Shown here piece by piece: positions 62,230-64,000 of a stretch of DNA of 64,000 bases (position 1 is the first letter of the stretch; the number at the start of each line of letters is the position of its first letter). This DNA is from Paracoccaceae bacterium. Its GTDB lineage: Bacteria > Pseudomonadota > Alphaproteobacteria > Rhodobacterales > Rhodobacteraceae. The stretch covers positions 2,144,808 through 2,208,807 of the forward strand of contig OZ220486.1 in assembly GCA_965116115.1 (NCBI GenBank), given 5' to 3'. The position numbers were made by a program, and so were the translations under genes. The notes beneath the pieces are model-generated. The model did not search any database. It was not told the origin of the DNA and saw only the letters and a program-made list of their open reading frames with translations.

Positions 62230-63005
62230 TTCAGCTGGCCGGAAAACGTTTCTGGCTGGTCGGGGCCAGCGCCGGCATCGGCCGGCAACTCGCCCTGCGC
62301 TTGGCGCGGGAAGGAGCTGCTGTGGCCGCTTCCGCCCGAGACGGGGCGGCGCTCGCTGCCTTGATCCGGGAGCTGCCGCCGGTCGAGACTGAAGCGGGCG
62401 GCCATACCGCGGTGCAATGCGATGTCGCTGACGCCGCTCTGACGGCGAATGCCTTCGACCGCGCCGGCCGGATCGACGGTATCATCTACTGCGCCGGCGC
62501 CTACGAGCCGATGTCGGCGCGCAGCCCCGATCTGCGTGCGCTCGAGTCGATTGTCGAAGTCAACCTGACAGGCGTTCTGCGCGTTCTGGCGTCCTGTGTT
62601 CCGGAATTCCACAGGCGCGGATCCGGCCATATCGTGCTGTTCGGCTCTCTTTCGGGTTACCGCGGACTCCCCGATGCCTGGGGATACGGGGCGACCAAAG
62701 CGGCGCTGATCCATCTGGCGGAAAATCTACGCTGCGACCTGCGGGGATCCGGCGTCACAGTGCAGGTCTGCAATCCCGGATTCGTGGAAACGCGCCTGAC
62801 CGACAAGAACAGTTTCAAGATGCCGCTCATCATGTCTCCAGCGGAAGCGGCAGACCGGGTCGTGCGCGGAATGGCCCGCGGACGGTTCGAAATCGCGTTC
62901 CCTTTTGCCATGACCGCGGGTCTCAGGCTTCTGGCGGCCCTGCCGCGGCCGCTTTATTTCGCGCTGCTGGGGTTGGCCGGCGGCAAACCTGGTAAGCGGC
63001 CGTGA
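62226..63005 (+). CDS. SDR-family oxidoreductase
   Basis: LVGASAGIGRQLA, YGATKAALIHL (Y-x3-K intact), and NPGFVETRL. Confidence 0.85.
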   Translation: MIQLAGKRFWLVGASAGIGRQLALRLAREGAAVAASARDGAALAALIRELPPVETEAGGHTAVQCDVADAALTANAFDRAGRIDGIIYCAGAYEPMSARSPDLRALESIVEVNLTGVLRVLASCVPEFHRRGSGHIVLFGSLSGYRGLPDAWGYGATKAALIHLAENLRCDLRGSGVTVQVCNPGFVETRLTDKNSFKMPLIMSPAEAADRVVRGMARGRFEIAFPFAMTAGLRLLAALPRPLYFALLGLAGGKPGKRP

Positions 63006-63079
63006 GCGGACCTTCCGGCGGGCGCGGCTTTTTCACGCGGCGGGAGCCGGCCGGACCGCCGTTACCGCGCCGGCTGCGG

Positions 63080-64000
63080 ATGCTCCATTACATCCTGAAC
63101 CGCATCGAACGCGGTTCGATGGAACTCCGTCTGCCAGACGGAAGCCGGCTCCGGGCTGAGGGCAACGAACCCGGTCCTTGCGGAAGCATCCGCGTTCTGA
63201 ACCCGAAATTTTTCCGGCGGCTGCCTATCGGAGGCGAAGTCGGATTCGGCGAGATGTTCATGGATGGCTGGTGGACCACGCCGGACCTCCAAGGTCTTCT
63301 GGATGTCATCATGCTGAACAACGAGAACATGGCGCGGCGCCTCCCCGGCGCCGGACTGATCCGCCTGAGAGAGCGGCTGCGTCACTTCCTTAATTCCAAC
63401 AGCCGGACCGGCTCGCGGCGCAACATCGCGCGCCACTATGATCTCGGCAACGACTTCTACAGCCTGTGGCTTGACAAAACGCTGACTTACTCTTCCGCGC
63501 TGTTCCGCAACGGCAGCGAAAGTCTGGCGGAAGCGCAGCGGAACAAATACGCGGCCATCTGCGACCGGCTCGCGTTGGTTCCCGGAGACCGGATTCTTGA
63601 AATCGGCTGCGGCTGGGGAGGTTTCGCGGAATTCGCGATCCGTGAACGCGGCGTCCGCGTGACGGGGCTGACGATTTCCCGGGAACAGCAGAATTTCGCC
63701 CGGCGGCGTCTGTTCAACGCGGGACTGGCCGAACGGGCTGAGATCCTTCTGCGCGATTACAGAGATGAACGCGGCGTTTATGACGGAATCGCTTCGATAG
63801 AGATGATCGAGGCGGTCGGCGAGAAATATTGGCCGGCATACTTCTCGTCCCTCCATGATCGTCTCCGGCCGGGATGCGTCGCGGCCTTGCAGGCCATCAT
63901 GATAGCGGACAAGCTGTTTCCGAAATACCGCAAAGGCGCCGATTTCATCCAGAAACACATTTTTCCCGGCGGCATGCTGCCGAGCCCGGCGGCCATGCGC
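63080..64000 (+). CDS. Cyclopropane-fatty-acyl-phospholipid synthase family SAM methyltransferase, 3' end outside window
   Basis: Not in the ORF track because no stop lies within the window. My translation gives ..FGEMFMDGWWTTPDL...IARHYDLGNDFYSLWLD..LTYSSALF...ILEIGCGWGGFAEFA...IEMIEAVGEKYW. An alternative GTG start at 63002 overlaps the SDR stop. Confidence 0.85.
   Translation, partial: MLHYILNRIERGSMELRLPDGSRLRAEGNEPGPCGSIRVLNPKFFRRLPIGGEVGFGEMFMDGWWTTPDLQGLLDVIMLNNENMARRLPGAGLIRLRERLRHFLNSNSRTGSRRNIARHYDLGNDFYSLWLDKTLTYSSALFRNGSESLAEAQRNKYAAICDRLALVPGDRILEIGCGWGGFAEFAIRERGVRVTGLTISREQQNFARRRLFNAGLAERAEILLRDYRDERGVYDGIASIEMIEAVGEKYWPAYFSSLHDRLRPGCVAALQAIMIADKLFPKYRKGADFIQKHIFPGGMLPSPAAMR

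Noticed and set aside
63062-63958. 298-aa minus-strand ORF at the window end
   Set aside because: It is the shadow of the plus-strand Cfa-family methyltransferase. That gene is absent from the ORF track only because it has no stop inside the window.

Overview
High-GC (about 62-65% by eye) proteobacterial chromosomal segment, probably alphaproteobacterial. Two conserved core blocks are present. The first (42.5-49.8 kb) carries a thioredoxin-like gene, rpe, acs, pxpBCA and rplI-rpsR-rpsF. The second (58.2-64 kb) is an operon of FAD oxidoreductase, DUF1365, MFS, DUF3833, SDR and a Cfa-family methyltransferase. The rest is accessory DNA saturated with insertion sequences: three copies of one IS256-family element, two copies plus a 125-bp MITE of one IS630-family element, one complete and two partial ISAs1 copies, and remnants of IS5, IS1634, ISNCY-like, IS110 and a second IS256 type. 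The 0.6-42 kb accessory region reads as a decaying defence island. It holds MntA/HepT, HicAB and BrnTA toxin-antitoxin pairs. It also holds a low-GC two-gene operon: a DUF4143-type AAA ATPase plus a 1378-aa STAND NTPase with a C-terminal PD-(D/E)xK nuclease. An IetAS-like AAA ATPase/S8 protease pair has its protease inactivated. The largest unit (23.1-38.4 kb) is a BREX-related, PglZ-less cluster: DUF499 ATPase, a small partner, DUF262, an orphan protein plus a ComEC-like MBL hydrolase, a DUF1156 methyltransferase and a PLD-SNF2 helicase. IS256 and ISAs1 insertions break it. The second accessory block (49.9-57.8 kb) contains a vapC operon hit by two different IS elements and tandem paralogous tail-anchored coiled-coil membrane proteins. 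No rRNA, tRNA or CRISPR array was found. All domain calls come from motif recognition by eye, not from database searches.
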